A stretch of DNA of 64,000 nucleotides from Octopus bimaculoides (GCF_001194135.2 NC_069005.1:33001772-33065771); one strand, 5' to 3'; positions 26,181 through 40,464 are shown, counted from the stretch's first letter. A program made the numbers and translations. Notes: generated by a model not told the origin, from the letters alone.

Positions 26181-26674
26181 GCATTGATAATGATAATAAT
26201 AATAATAATAATAATAGTAGTGTTTCACAGAACATTATGTTTCATGAGCCATTAAAGTAGGACTGAGATTTCATTGGACAGGAGTCAGTTTACAACCCAA
26301 CTCTATCACTTTCCCCAGAGGACTTTAAAATTGGAGTACAAAACAGTGATATTAAGTAATACACAGGCATTTATTTATATATTTAGATTGCTTTTAAGTC
26401 TCCTTCAGTTTTGATTCCTCCGAGGGTTCGATAAACTGTGCACCAATCAAATACCAAGATTACTGGAATCCAGTGGTATTCCTCTGAAATATTTCAATAC
26501 ATAACAAAACTTGGGAGTTTGTATCCACAAATGGCTGATTAGATTTTAGAGAATACTAAACCATCATCATTTAACATCCACCTTCCATGCTGTCATGGGT
26601 GGTGGGACACTTAATTTATCGCTGCACCACCTCATTTATAAAAGTAAGTTTGTCTCTGTACTAAAGCTAGAAAT

Positions 26675-26870
26675 AATGGTTTCAAAATATGGCAAAAGGC
26701 CAGCAATTTGGAGCAGGAGAGGGTACGTCGGCTTCAGTACTCAACTGGCACTTACTTTATCCACCCTGAAAGAATAAAGGGCAAAGTCAACCTCAGCAGA
26801 ATTTGAACTCAAAATATATTACAGTAATTGAATTTAATTGCCAGTAATTGCTAACAATTCTGCCAGCTCC
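26675..26870 (-). mobile_element. S1 SINE copy
   Basis: ggtttcaaaatatggcaaaaggccagc...gaataaagggcaaagtcaacctcagcagaatttgaactc...aattctgccagctc. Confidence 0.75.
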
Positions 26871-27044
26871 CCATTACTGGGGTTAGGGTAGGTTCCTTGA
26901 TTGAAGCTAGATGGATGTCCTTTCTTGGGTCACCACAGTTTGTTTCTATTTTTCCATTCTGGGGTTAAACAACTTTTTATTTAATTCATTACAACACACC
27001 ATTAGTGTGTGTGCATATATGTGAGTGTGTGAGTATGCGTGTAT

Positions 27045-27130
27045 CTTTTACTTGTTTCAGTCACTGGACTGCGGCCATGCTGGGTCTCTACCTTGAAGGG
27101 TTTAATTGAACAAATCGACCCCAATACTTA
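27045..27130 (-). mobile_element. S2 tail type 1 fragment (others at ~24035-24080 and ~61490-61570, minus)
   Basis: tcttttacttgtttcagtcactggactgcggccatgctgg is the reverse complement of the 55960-56020 terminus. Confidence 0.65.
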
Positions 27131-27789
27131 TATGTAACAAATAAACATACACAGGGATATAGTACTATTAATCTGTTGCTACTAACTTTAACTTTCTATA
27201 GCCTGAAGATGGCAACATGATAACCTCATGTACAGGAGGACACTGATCTGTTGCAAGATTCCATGGTGATTTGAGGCCTTTTCTCTAGTCTCCAGATGGG
27301 CACACATATCAACAGATTTAAACAGTCATATGCACACAGAAATATCAACATCTCTTTATATGTATATATGTATTTTATATATATATGTAAATTTCTCAAT
27401 AATCATGATATTCAATAAATGAAGAGATCTCAGCTGGTTTCTGTGGTCCAGCTCCAAGTATGAAACAACAATCTAGAGAGAGAGAGAGAGAGACAAACAG
27501 GTCAAAGATCTGAGAGTAAAGTCGGTAGAAAGTAGAACAACTGTGAGAGTGAATCAGCACTAAAAGACATCTGTTGAGAACAAGCAGAGTTACCTGAGTT
27601 ATGTTCTGGAAAGGGTAGGGGGGGGGGTATTATTCAATTGTTGAAATACCATCCCAAATTTAGAACAACAACAATAACAAAATAGTTATACAATTACATG
27701 GGTACACCCACACATATCTGACAGTAGTAAAAGGTAAATGAACTAGACATGTAACAAGCTGAAGACATAAAAATTTCAAGTCAGCCTCT

Positions 27790-28150
27790 TAGCAATTACA
27801 GTGCATGTGGGCACCACCCAGGTAGCAGTGTCGAATGAACATACGAGGAAGCCTCTTGACTGTTTAGAAAGAGTAGCCAAATCTTTTTCTGTCTCGCTCT
27901 CTCAGATTACACCTCAGTCTTTAAAAAAGTCATTGGACAATGTAGCTTTCCTAGAAACACTGACACATGAGATTGTCATGTGCAGAACACCTGACATCAG
28001 AGATCTGCTAGAGCAGAGCAGACCAAGGCCCAAGCAACAAGAATAGCAGAAAATGCAGCGAGTTGGCCAAATTCTCTAAAAAAACAATGAATGGGAAGAA
28101 ATATGCCTTCCTGTAAAGATAGGTGTTAGAGGATTTGTGTTCATCACACA
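27790..28150 (+). mobile_element. Hero-like (restriction-like endonuclease) non-LTR retrotransposon relic
   Basis: Across frameshifts: THEIVMCRTPDI, RKCSELAK and NEWEEICLPVKIGVRGFV resemble the RLE motifs RPDI, RKxxKY.EL and GW....PVEVGxRGF. Confidence 0.55.
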
Positions 28151-28366
28151 CACACTGCAATGAACTTCAAGTGCACAGCCAGCATATTTTCACAGTGATG
28201 TAAATGAGGGGATGTCTGTCACCTCTATACTCTTCATCCCACTTTGATTTCTTTAGTGGTATTGGTGCCATGGGTCAAAGAGATTCCAGCATTATTCTAC
28301 ATCGCCATTCTGTTACTTCATAAGATGTGTTCTTCGTGGTAATGAAAAATTGCACACGCATACATC

Positions 28367-28775
28367 ATCATTTCATCATCCTTGTTTTACCAACCACTTT
28401 TGCTGCTCACATAAGTCAGATCGAATTAGTTGAGGAAAATTTTCTATAGCCTGATGCCCTTCCTGTCACCAAGTCTCACTTGTTTCCAAGCAAGGTAATA
28501 ATATGACCAGACATGTTTCATGGAAGATTGGAAACAAAAGACACCGCTTGCATGACAGTGACACTTGTTTACAACTATCACACAGAAGTCAATGTAAGGA
28601 GGTAAGGAGATAGTAACACAAACACACAGAAGACTTCTTATTAAATCTAACCACAAGGCTTTGGTTGACCCCAAGGCTATAGCAGAAGACAGTTGCCAAG
28701 GAGCCACACAGTGGGACTGAACCTGAAACCATGTGGTTTGGAAGCAAACTTCTTGCTACACAGCTATGCCTGCAC
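28367..28775 (-). mobile_element. S2 SINE head (28640-28775) joined to tail type 2 (28367-28620)
   Basis: Reverse-complement head (gtgggactgaacctgaaaccatgtgg...cacagctatgcc), then a short CA tract, then ttgtttccaagcaaggtaat...tgatgcccttcctgtcacc and a terminal (ATG)n-like tail. Confidence 0.75.
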
Positions 28776-29621
28776 CTATACAATGCAATGTGTGTACATT
28801 GAAACGCCTGTAAAGACAATTACCATAAGTGAAAAGGATTCACACCACAACATCCAAACCAACCAGGTCATGGAGGATGGATTTTGCCTGGCTTTGCTGA
28901 CATCTCCTGGTTCAATGTGATTGTTTCATGTGTGTGTACCTGCATTATACATGTATTTACACACACACAGGTAAATACATAAATATACACATATATATAA
29001 TTATAAACATTATATACATACTACTTACACACAGCACATGTAATATATGCTTATACTGTATATATATGTATACATAGATGTCTGCATTTCCTATACATAA
29101 ATTATATAGGTCTGTGTATGGAATGTGTGCATGTGTCACACAAATACACTCAAACATTTACACATATAGACAGTTCATATATACAATAAGTTCGGTCTTG
29201 TTTATAGTCGTAGCTGAATCTCTTATACACCTGAAAGAACCACCGAATTACAAGATGCAAGACAAACACTATAACCAACTACAATAGTTTCAACAACACA
29301 AACATAATAAACCTGTTTGTAACAAGATAATATAAGTCATTGAACCTGCTAGAAATAGCAGGGAAAAGATAGGATGGTCATTTCTGGAACACCATAGGTT
29401 TCCTTGATCAGGGTTGCAAACAAGGAAGCCCTACACATAGTCACTAGACCTAGTAGATACAGCAACCAACTTTCATTCTAATGTCTTGGAAAAGAATATA
29501 TATTGGTCAATAGAGTCCAAAGTGTTTTGTGCCTGGTAAAAAGAGGGAATGCCGATTTTGTCCAAGCACTAATGATTTTACCAACTTACTGCCTTAATAA
29601 CTATGTGTGTGTGTGTGTGTG

Positions 29622-29660
<39 letters not shown>

Positions 29661-32543
29661 CACCAGTTTTTATAAACAAATAGGGATCTTCACAACCAAT
29701 GCACGCTATGAAGGAAATATATAATGTAAACAATCCAGATAGAAAAAAAAACTCAATACAATGAAAGTAAAATGATAAATTACACACACACACTAGCATG
29801 CGTGTAAACATATAGTGAAGCACTACCACAGAGCTACTATGCATCCATATTTCAATGCTAGCAAAAGCATGATGAATTAACAAAAATTAGATGATTTCAA
29901 AGAGAGATTTCACTGTCCTATTGCTCACAATTCCCAGCTGTTGAAGTAAGGTAGAACAATGTCATTAACCAAGCAAGCAGAAAAAATGTGACAATATGCC
30001 TTGCTTGAGAGGGCAAAGCACATTGGGTTTAGCCACGGGGTCTACCGAATCCAGTTGATTAACTCTCATAGAGAATATCATTGTTTGGCATATTTATTCT
30101 CAAGTCTTTGATAACACAGATTAACTATGTAGTAGTAGTAGCAATAGTAAAGAAGGTTAGGAAAGTATGACAATATCTGTTTGGGACAAGGTTATCATTG
30201 ATGCAAAAGTAGTCAATGAAATGGAACCTAACGAGAAAAAAAGTATCATTAGGAATAGGATTTTTTCATGAAAGTAGAGTTGTACAAAATTGTTTAACAT
30301 TAGCAAATATCTATGCACATGTGCATTATGTATAAACACCTATTTGTATGTTTATGCACATATCAGACATATAAATATATATGAAGGCAGTGCTTAAGCA
30401 TGGCCTTAATGCTTGTTAATGGCTAAAACAAATTATATATGTAATATGTGTGTGTGCATGTATGTCTGTACCTATCGACAAGCCAATACTGCTTCAGTCA
30501 TTAACACAACCAGCAGCCTATCAAACATTACCAACAGACACTACTATTTGCTTTGCAGATTCCCCTGTCACACACAATCATAGAAACTGTTGAGTAATCA
30601 TAAACGCATCTTCTCCTCCATCTCGCACACACTTTTCTTTGTTACCTCTTGTACCCTCGCATAACCTTTCTTCTAGCCAACCATTTCTCTGTCTCTTTTC
30701 AGTATATCATCTTACCAAGTCTTCTTTCCTCAATTTCTCGCTCTGAAATTATTCGTGTCATGTGGCACGACCTGCTTCTCGGCAGGAAGGTCAGCCTTTT
30801 TGTAAATCGACCTTTTGCACCTGGAGCAAAATTGTCTTTTCTCACTGAGCAAGGCAATCACCACGAATAATTAAATACAATCAAGATGGTCAGTTAATCA
30901 TACTGACAACATTTAATACACTAATGAACACACACACAGAGCTACCAAAGTAATGCAAAAACGGGTGGATACTTCTAAGTTTGGTCTTATAGCAAATTTA
31001 GTAGTACTGGCAATAAAAAAGAGTGTTTCCCCAATACCATCACTTATGTCCAACACTACAGTAAAAAACAAAGGGAGAATATGGAATGCAAAATCATTTG
31101 TTTTCTCTTTAATCAAGAGGAAGGGGGGGGGGGCAAAAAATTTCACTGATATAGAAGAGGGTGATTGTCACTTTGAGAACCACATGTCTTTAGAACATCA
31201 GAGTTTGGAACCCGATCAAAGAAGAAGAGTAACATAACTGTACACATAGCCAACTAGTTCGGTTAGGGCAGTAGCTGAGAAACTCAGGTATTTCCTGGGA
31301 GGTGGGAAGTTGGCTTAAATAGAGATTCCCATATTATTAAAATTAATCTTTATTGTGACGATAATATTTCTACAGATTTCTTCTTCATAACCGTCAGTAT
31401 AAAATCCCAGCTCTGAATGAGGACCATACAGTAGTTTCATACAAAACTACGAGTTGCTTAATACATGCTTTTTGTTTTAAGATGGCAGGATGTGATTCAA
31501 GGGAATTGGCTGTTATTTCTAAAAGCTCAAACAAGAAGTAATCCAGGTTCCTTAACCATTTGTCTGTTCTGTGTGCCATGTGTGATACATAGGACACATT
31601 TTCCAGGAATCCCTGCATCATATACAATATACACTCCCTTTTTTTAATTTTTTTTTTTTCCGACCACCAGAGTAACATGAGACTTATGCAAGGAAAGCTT
31701 TATATTATTCAAAATACATGAAACAAAGGCTTAACTAAAAGTCTGAAAACAAGCATGAACATTTTAGGACAAACTTGTGAAAATGTTTTGGACAGGTAAA
31801 GGGTAAAATAGAACAAAACTTAACTATTTTGAAAAGATTACTAGTTTTAAAATTCCTTCATTGTCCACAATGATTGTGTGCATGTGCCTCTGTGTGTGTG
31901 TGTGTTACATACAAACAATTTATTAAGTCAATAGAAGTTTATCTAGGATCCACAGCCCAAATATTTCACACACACATACATATTCATGCAATAGGCAGCA
32001 ACTTAAACTGCTAGCACAAAGAGATCTAACAGGTGTATTACACACAACTAAAGCAAGTCATGCTGTACAACTGAACCAACACCAAACACACTCCTTGCTC
32101 TGTCACTGCAAGAAAGGAGAGTGTGTGTGTGTGGGGGGGGAACCGGCTATGAAGGTAGGAGGGAAGAATCTTAATATTGGGAGGTGGGAGTAGTTTGCTG
32201 CAGTAAAATGATTTTTCTACCTCAGTACATACATGTTTGCTAGGAAGACAATAAAATCAATGGCAATGAATCTAGGTTATCTATCTGGCATGATATAGAA
32301 ATAGCAAAAACAACCAAAACAAATAAATACATAATAAATAACGTTTGTAATCCTCCACACAGCAACACACCAAACCTCATAACACAGTTTATGTAAGGAA
32401 GGGTATTAGGAAATATACACACACACACACATAAATATATACACACCTGCACGCACGTATATAGGTGTACATATACATGTATATTACACATATTTACATA
32501 CATAGTTATACATATACATGCGTGTGAATATATACATACATAA

Positions 32544-32587
<44 letters not shown>

Positions 32588-33387
32588 TCATACATACATA
32601 CACATTATATTTGTAAATAAATCCCCGATTACGCTCAAGTTTGATCTTTTACATTAAGGATTTTTCCATATTCCTTTCTAAGTCCTTTACATTCTTAAAA
32701 TCCATTAACAGACTATCTCATCTTCATCCTCAGAATAAAATCTGTAGAATGACGTTTTCAAGTACTTTGCATTGGGTTACAAAGGATCAGATGAACAGTG
32801 GTGAATTTTCATTCTCTTTTCTTCCCCCCCCCCCCCCCACACAAAGCCAGATTTTAAAATTGTTTCACAATAAAGTTCAGTTATTTTCATTGGTAAATTC
32901 CATCTGTTGAATTTTGACCAATATGTTTTTGATCAGCAAAGTTCCTGGAGACACTCATCTCACCGAATGGGGGAATTCCATATGGAATTGTGCTGTTTGC
33001 TATTGTTTTTCTATCAATTTTTAGTGCATGTACACTATTTACTGTATTTGCAAGAGCTTCTTGTAAAATGCAAGGCCAAACATCCAGAAAGTGTTGTACT
33101 TGTATGACCCAAGAAGCAGTTTGATTCATGATGTTTACAACTCCTCTGCTTCCATTGCAATCGAGATATGACACTGATAATTTGAAGAACATTCTGCAAT
33201 TTGTTGGGTTTGAGCTAACAGAGATTTTTCTTTCTAATATTTATGTAATGTAGATGCAGGCTTGAACATGTGAATAAGAGGCTCATTTCTCAACCATAGG
33301 TTCAGCTTGGACAGATGTGTTCGGCTATAGCCCCAGAATGACCGAAGTTTTGAGAGTGGATTTGAAGACAGAAACTAAAAGAAACCT

Positions 33388-33418
<31 letters not shown>

Positions 33419-34589
33419 ATGCAAGCAGGGAAAATGGATGGTAAATGATGATAATGGTGATGTGGGTGTGTATACCCTTGTCTTGGCATTGCATGCTGGT
33501 TGTAAAATGCATGTCATTGATATACTATGTTCACTTCCAATTTTTTTATGAAAAACACATCTGACCATGAGGAAATACTACCTTGCTTGGAAACAGGAAG
33601 GAGATCCAGCCGTAGAAATACTACGGTAACAAATTTTGTCTGACCCAAGCAAGATTAGCGATATATTTGCATACCTGTGTGTATGTTTGTATAATTGATT
33701 TCATATTTGCCCTCCTATATTCCCAGGCATTTCACTCCTCGGTTCAAAAACACTGGATTCCACTAATGAAATGATTAGCTTGCAGTGCATTGCAGAAGCC
33801 TGTCCAGGCTTGACATACCTTAGCACTATTTATGACATTCGTAAACAAAAGGTCCATTTCAGTGTCTGTTTCCAGTTCTCCACAGAATGTATATCCAGGC
33901 TTGTTTGCTGCCCGACAGAATGCAAGATATTACCTGTCTTGGAAACGGGTTGGTGGTTGACAACAGGAAGAGCATTTGGCTATAGAAAACTCTTACCCAG
34001 CACTTTCTCATTTGACCCACGTAAACATGGAAAAGTAGTCATTAAAACGATGATGATTCAAGGAGTTTGTGGCTGTACTTCATTACATGTGGTTACACTT
34101 TTTACTCCTGAGTTTCTTGCTTGAATATTTTAGTTAAGGAAAACATTTACTGTGGCAGTTTCAGTGAAAATTACTCAATATTCCAGTAGGATAATTTTCA
34201 AATCTAGCATTTGTAGAACTTTGATCATCATCATTACTCAAAGAACCAACAAAAACCAAACAGGAAGCAATGGTCTTAACAAAGAATTGAAATTCATCAT
34301 GAAAATATGTGCACACATATCGATGTGTATGTTTATCAACATTGTTATAGTTACTTTCTGTATCTACTTGGGCAGAAGGAATTTTCTTGTACACATATTC
34401 TTCTTCCATTCCATCTTGTACACATATTCTTCCATTCCATCTTGTTTCAAAGCAAGGTAATATTTCTCCCGGATGGATATGTTCCCACAGAAGAATAGAA
34501 AGAAATAACACTGCTTGTATGAGTGACGCATCTTTAAAAACATCAAGTGATACCAAATCAAGGAATCAAAGACACACACATATCAATAT

Positions 34590-34820
34590 TCTTATTTTGC
34601 TGTACTTAATGACATTTGTGATGTCATCTACATTGACTATAAAGAGAAGTGGACCCAAAGCAGTCCCTTGGGAAACACCACTGGTGACCTTAGTTGGGCT
34701 TGAATGGATTCCATCAATCAGAATTGGCTGGGTTCTGTTTGCCAGGTAAGGCTTGACCCAGGGCAGTAGTTTACTAGAGATTGCAATATTGGACAATTTG
34801 AATAGTAGGATATTGCAACC
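34590..34820 (-). mobile_element. CR1/L2-like LINE reverse transcriptase fragment
   Basis: ILLFKLSNIAISSKLLPWVKPYLANRTQPILIDGIHSSPTKVTSGVSQGTALGPLLFIVNVDD matches the RT motif VxSGVPQGxxLGPLLF..Y.ND. Confidence 0.85.
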
Positions 34821-35383
34821 AATTCTGTCAAAGATTTCTCACACACACACATACATATAAACATTATAATATTAGTGTTCAAGCCAGCACCAAACACTTT
34901 AAGGATATACTCAAGGTGATACAAAAGCTATGTTAAGCAGCCGTTTTATATAAATATGATGGAATCTCCTGTTGAAGATGACGTACGAACACTCAGTTTT
35001 TGCAGAATGATCTGTGCAGAATGGTTTGTTCGTAAGCAATCAAATGTATGTCCTGTACATCAGCACACTCCTTCCATCAAATTGACATTACCTGAACAGG
35101 TGCAAGGTGTACCACACATCAAGTTTCAAAGTGACACAGTGTCGCAAGGTGAAGTGTTTTGCTCAAGAACACAACACACCAACTGGTCCAAGAAATGAAA
35201 CCATGATCTCACAATCATGAGTGCAACTCCCTAACCACTAGGTTATGCACTCCCATATATGTACAAATATATATTCATATCAATATATACACATTTATAT
35301 ATATATGCATGCACATATTTGTATACATACATAAGTATATGTAAGTATATATTATATATATGAACATACTTGTATACATACAT

Positions 35384-35419
<36 letters not shown>

Positions 35420-36079
35420 ATATATATATACGTGTGTGTGCATGTAAATATTTGTATCATAGATAAGTGTGTATGTGTGTATATTTACAAATTAGTATAT
35501 ACCTTGATCACTGCTTTAATATCCCTTTTCCATGCTTGCACGTGTCAAATGGAACTTGTTGAGGCAAATTCTTCAACAGCCAGATTACACTGCATGCTGC
35601 CAACCATCCGATTCCAAACAAGGTAATATTTCCCCACGTCCAGGTCATGTTTTTCGCAGAATATTGGAAATGAATGTCACTGCTTGCATACCAGTGATAC
35701 AACTGACACAATGTCAAAAGAGGGAGTCAGAAACACACTCACACACACATATATATATACATGCGCATGTGTATATATAAGCAAGTACTTATATATATAC
35801 GTACCTATAAGTATTTGCACTTGATATATAAACGCATTACATATTTAAATACATTATATAAATATACCTATATGCACGTGTACATATATACATATGAAAA
35901 AATATATATATAAACGTACATATACACACACGCAGCTATATACATACATACAGATTTATGTATATGTGTATATTATACACACACACATGTATACACGATG
36001 ATTGTAGAGGAGATGGTGACAAGTGGGAGGGGGGGGACTTCTTAGATATCCTACGTATGAATAAAAGATAAAATAATCT

Positions 36080-36306
36080 GAAACTTGCTTCGAAGCCTCT
36101 ACGTGCCCTCTCCATCTGCTAGAAATATCAGCTAAATCTAAATCTCTCACATAAAACGTATCCTGGTGTTTTAAAAGCGGAAGACTGGGTTGGCCAATAT
36201 AGTTAAGTGCTAGATACATTATGTCTAGATAAAAGATGGGATGGTCACGATTGGAATATCGTCGATTATAGGTTTACTTGACCAGAGCTGTGGCTGAACA
36301 ACAGCA
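36080..36306 (+). mobile_element. Interspersed repeat with (AAC)n-type tail (others at ~37295-37460 +, ~56840-56970 +, ~18655-18830 -, ~50885-51100 -)
   Basis: Shared gctagaaata(t/g)cagc...aaatct and aaagatgggatggtca(c/t)g.(c/t)tggaat blocks, ending in ...gacctggggctaaacaac-like tails. Confidence 0.6.
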
Positions 36307-36452
36307 GGACAGGCATGGAAGATCTAATGGGGAGGAACACAGCCACTTCACCAGAGTCAATAGAATGATGAGCACATCAATTAACGATGATGATTTGGAA
36401 GTTTACATCAGGGATATATTCCAATATTCTTTGCTTCCCTTGCCGCCATTAA

Positions 36453-36485
<33 letters not shown>

Positions 36486-39176
36486 GGGTAAGAAAGACAA
36501 AGTCAAGCCTCCTTTTGCAAAAAAATAAGTCCCCACATACAGAAATGGCAGAAAAAAATATATGATATATATAATCATTAATAGGTGAAAACTTTATTAT
36601 AAACAGTAGGTTATGTAGCGATGCACATCCGTTGATTTGTGTCTCGAATCGCGGTGGCTTCCTGTTAGATCACACAACCGCATCATATGCTGACGGAGCT
36701 CTTTCTGACCCGCATTATGAAATCTTGTATCTTCCCTCCAGAGCTCAATCCGCCCCGTTCCCACACACACTTTCCCTCCTTATACACAAACGACCTACTT
36801 ATCATCACCTTCATCGACAACACCCTTCCACTCCTTTCTACATTATGCCATCCTTTCTTTCATTCCTCCCCAACCTTCCTTCTGCATCAAATCGTTCTCC
36901 ACATGCAACCTAGACATCTCGCGCCGAATTTCACAAAATACCTCGAAAGCATTCTTCAATGGGGTCACACCAATTCCGTTTCCTTCAACAATCACCGCAC
37001 GTGCCTAGAGGACACTATTGTAACGATACGCCCCTAAAATGTTAAACACACACACAACTCGTACCCTAACGATCGCTTTAGATGGAAGGTCTCAGTAACA
37101 CAAGAGATAACCTCCTGGATAATACATCCCCTTAACACAAAGACACCATCTTAAAGACTGGTTTTCTTCATAAAAATCAGAAAACACTTGGGACCCATAA
37201 TGGAGTAACTACTCACAGGACGACGAGGGACAATACTTTTCGTAGTCTTAAGAAACATGTACGAATAAAAGAGAGGAAAATATCTCGGAACTTTAATGAA
37301 ACTTCTATCTCCACTTGCTAGAAATATCAGACAAATCTCTCTCTCTCTCTCAAACTACATCCTAATGTCTTAGCTAGGTATACCATGTCTGATTAAAAGA
37401 TGGGAAGATCACGACTGGAAAGGACTTCTAGATCAGAACTGCTTGATCTGAGCTGGAGAGGCACGACGATCACTGGAGCGCTTTGAGAATAAACAAGTAG
37501 ATATATAAACAAATAGATGTAATACTTTATAAAAGACTACTGTATACACAGCTGTGTTAATTGCGTGGATGTATAAACGTATTAGATTTAGTAGTTCTGA
37601 CAGCCTGGATGGCATGTAAAAATGGGCTACACTCCAGCCAATACTGTTTTTCCTGTCTTTTCTATATCTAATAGAGTGGTTTCTGCACCTCGGAATTTGG
37701 TTTTGTGCCACCGCCATTTACACGTACTCCCACACGGTACCAATTCCCTTTCCATCTCCATTCACTACGACGCACGCCTCGTCTTGCCTTAACAAGAAGG
37801 TTGTCTCTGCAGAATTTCCTTCTCTCTGTGCTTTATTTTCCAGCCGTTGACTAAAGTTTAATTATTTTGCTAACGCTTTTAGTCAACCTCATCTCCGGAA
37901 GAGTCTGCTGGGGTCATGGGTACGGCCCCTTTTATGCAAAACCAGACAAGAAAAAAGAAAACCTACCCATTCCAATTCATAAATACCAAAGCATGTCGAG
38001 AGAGCGATGGCGGCGGTGAAAGCCGACTAAATTCGACTCCAACAAAGAAGAGGTATGCAACAAAGGGAGATAAGAATGCGTAACCTCACAAAAGTTTTTT
38101 TCTTCCCCCCGTTTAACTACTCTGCTTCTCTTTGCTCTAGATTTTAACCAGATTTCTGGGCTGTTTGCACTCTAAACACTATAAGCCACAGGTACGATAA
38201 ACATGCAAATTCATAACATGAACTTTCGACGCTGTATATATATCCATATACACATGCAATCACACTTTAAAATAGAGAGAGAGAGATTTATTACACAGAT
38301 AATTCGATTTGACATTTTTTCACCTTATCATGGGAAATGGTTTTTCCATTACACGAATGCCTAACACACACACACATACATACATACACGACACAGCGAA
38401 TGTACCTCTGCATAATAAGTCGACATGCCAGAAAGATCAGTCCGTGACCGCATTAAATAATGTAATCAGAGATACACTTTAAAAATAAAGAAAAAGAATC
38501 CAAGATGGTGTAAACTACCGACCTGGGAAACCACACAACCACAATAGCTACACCACATGCACCATATAAATGGAAAATTCGACAAATAAAAATTTAAAAC
38601 CGAGAGAGTAGGAATAATGAAAAGGTGAAGTGCAGGCCGAGATGGATCGAAAGATATTTGAAAGTAAATAGATAGGACAATTCTTATATCACAAAGACAT
38701 CTGGGAAACTGAACAGGTTTCAACAAGCAGTGTATTCAAAATCATAATAATAGTGGTGTCAGCATTGATAAACATGTACAAAGACAAAGGGAGGGGTTTA
38801 TATGTAAACAGGTGTCGTATGAGATGAAGTCTTTAAAACTGTGATATGGGTTCGTTTGACTTTGGCATGGAGGGGGGGGGGAAACAGAAACATACAAACA
38901 CACATTTTTCTCTCACACCCACTCACATATACATGCACGCGCGCGCGCGTTTTTAAGACTCGATCTCTCTCAGTAACCTGCTTCGAGGGAGAGAGAACAG
39001 GAAGGTCAAAGACAGGAATGGTTGAAGGAATTTGGCATTTTTGATAAACTACATTGTGTGTGTGGTGCATGTATATATATATATATATAGAGAGAGAGAG
39101 GGGGGGGGAGGGGCAATACAAACAAGTAACAATAGAAAACCATGTGTATATATATGTATATATATANNNNNNNNNN

Positions 39177-39223
<47 letters not shown>

Positions 39224-39901
39224 TTTATCAATATTTAGCAGAAGCACCAGAGTGACTCAAAGACTTAGTGTTTCGTGCGTTACCATTTATAACATTATAT
39301 ATACATATATAAAGATATATGCATATGTATGTATATATACTATATATGTGGGCGTGGATATACTATATATCATATATATATATGGGAACATTTTTTAAAT
39401 AAGGGAGTACACACACACACGTGTGTACATAAAAAGAGGACAAGATTGTCAGACGGCTAGATGGTTATACAGACAAATGAAAAGCTTAGAGACGTGTGTG
39501 AATGTGTGTGTATATATATATATAATTATATACATACACGCACAACCACACTTGTTAATTTCACACATAGATAAGTACATATGAAATATTTTACACGTGT
39601 ATGTGTATATATATATATACATATATATACACATACATACACACAACCCCACCTCATTTTGCTATTACATATTTTCAGCGAAGAGAGGAAGTTATATTAA
39701 AGAAAACGTAACTCATGTCAGAAAAGCTGTCAAAAACAGCAAGGGAGGAGGAACAAAGGTAGCAAATGCCAACGCGCACACACACACACACACACACACC
39801 AGGTAGTTTTTATATATATAAATATATATATATATAAAACCATAGCCGAAGGACAAACTATACAAATATATATAATCATACATATAAAATGGACAGGATA
39901 G

Positions 39902-39944
<43 letters not shown>

Positions 39945-40151
39945 TTCTTTTGAGAACTATTAGGTCTTAGTAGACACAACATGTGATCTTCTTCTAGCAC
40001 ATTAAATGTCCACTTTAGTGGTCATTATTCTATATAACCATATATATATATATATATATATATATATCAACGACAAAAGCAATATTAATAGCAAATTCCC
40101 CCCTTACAAGTGGATGTTCTGCTAAAACACAGAATACTGCGATAGTCATCA

Positions 40152-40187
<36 letters not shown>

Positions 40188-40464
40188 CTTAATGTATAGA
40201 TAAAGTGGTGTACACATTTATATAAATATATAAACAGATAGACTGTGTATAAAACCTTAAGCAAAAGTATTATACATATATATGTTTATATACAAATATA
40301 TATATGACCAGGATTAGTATACAGACACACACACATAGAAAGGGGGGTAGCATTGTTTAGACATGTGAAAACTCAAATACATAAAAACCGTACACATGTA
40401 TGTGGTGGCGTATGATAAAATACATAAATAAAAACAAGTAATGTAAGGGTTGTGGGGTACTTAC

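Larger units (their letters stand above)
20577..40464 (-). other. MED13: MED13 intron between coding exons 1 and 2 (~19.9 kb, GT-AG, phase 0)
   Basis: GT at 40464-40463 and AG at 20578-20577 on the minus strand. The spliced product reads ...NLFAL|TDLCG..., as expected for MED13. Contains two N gaps. Confidence 0.85.
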
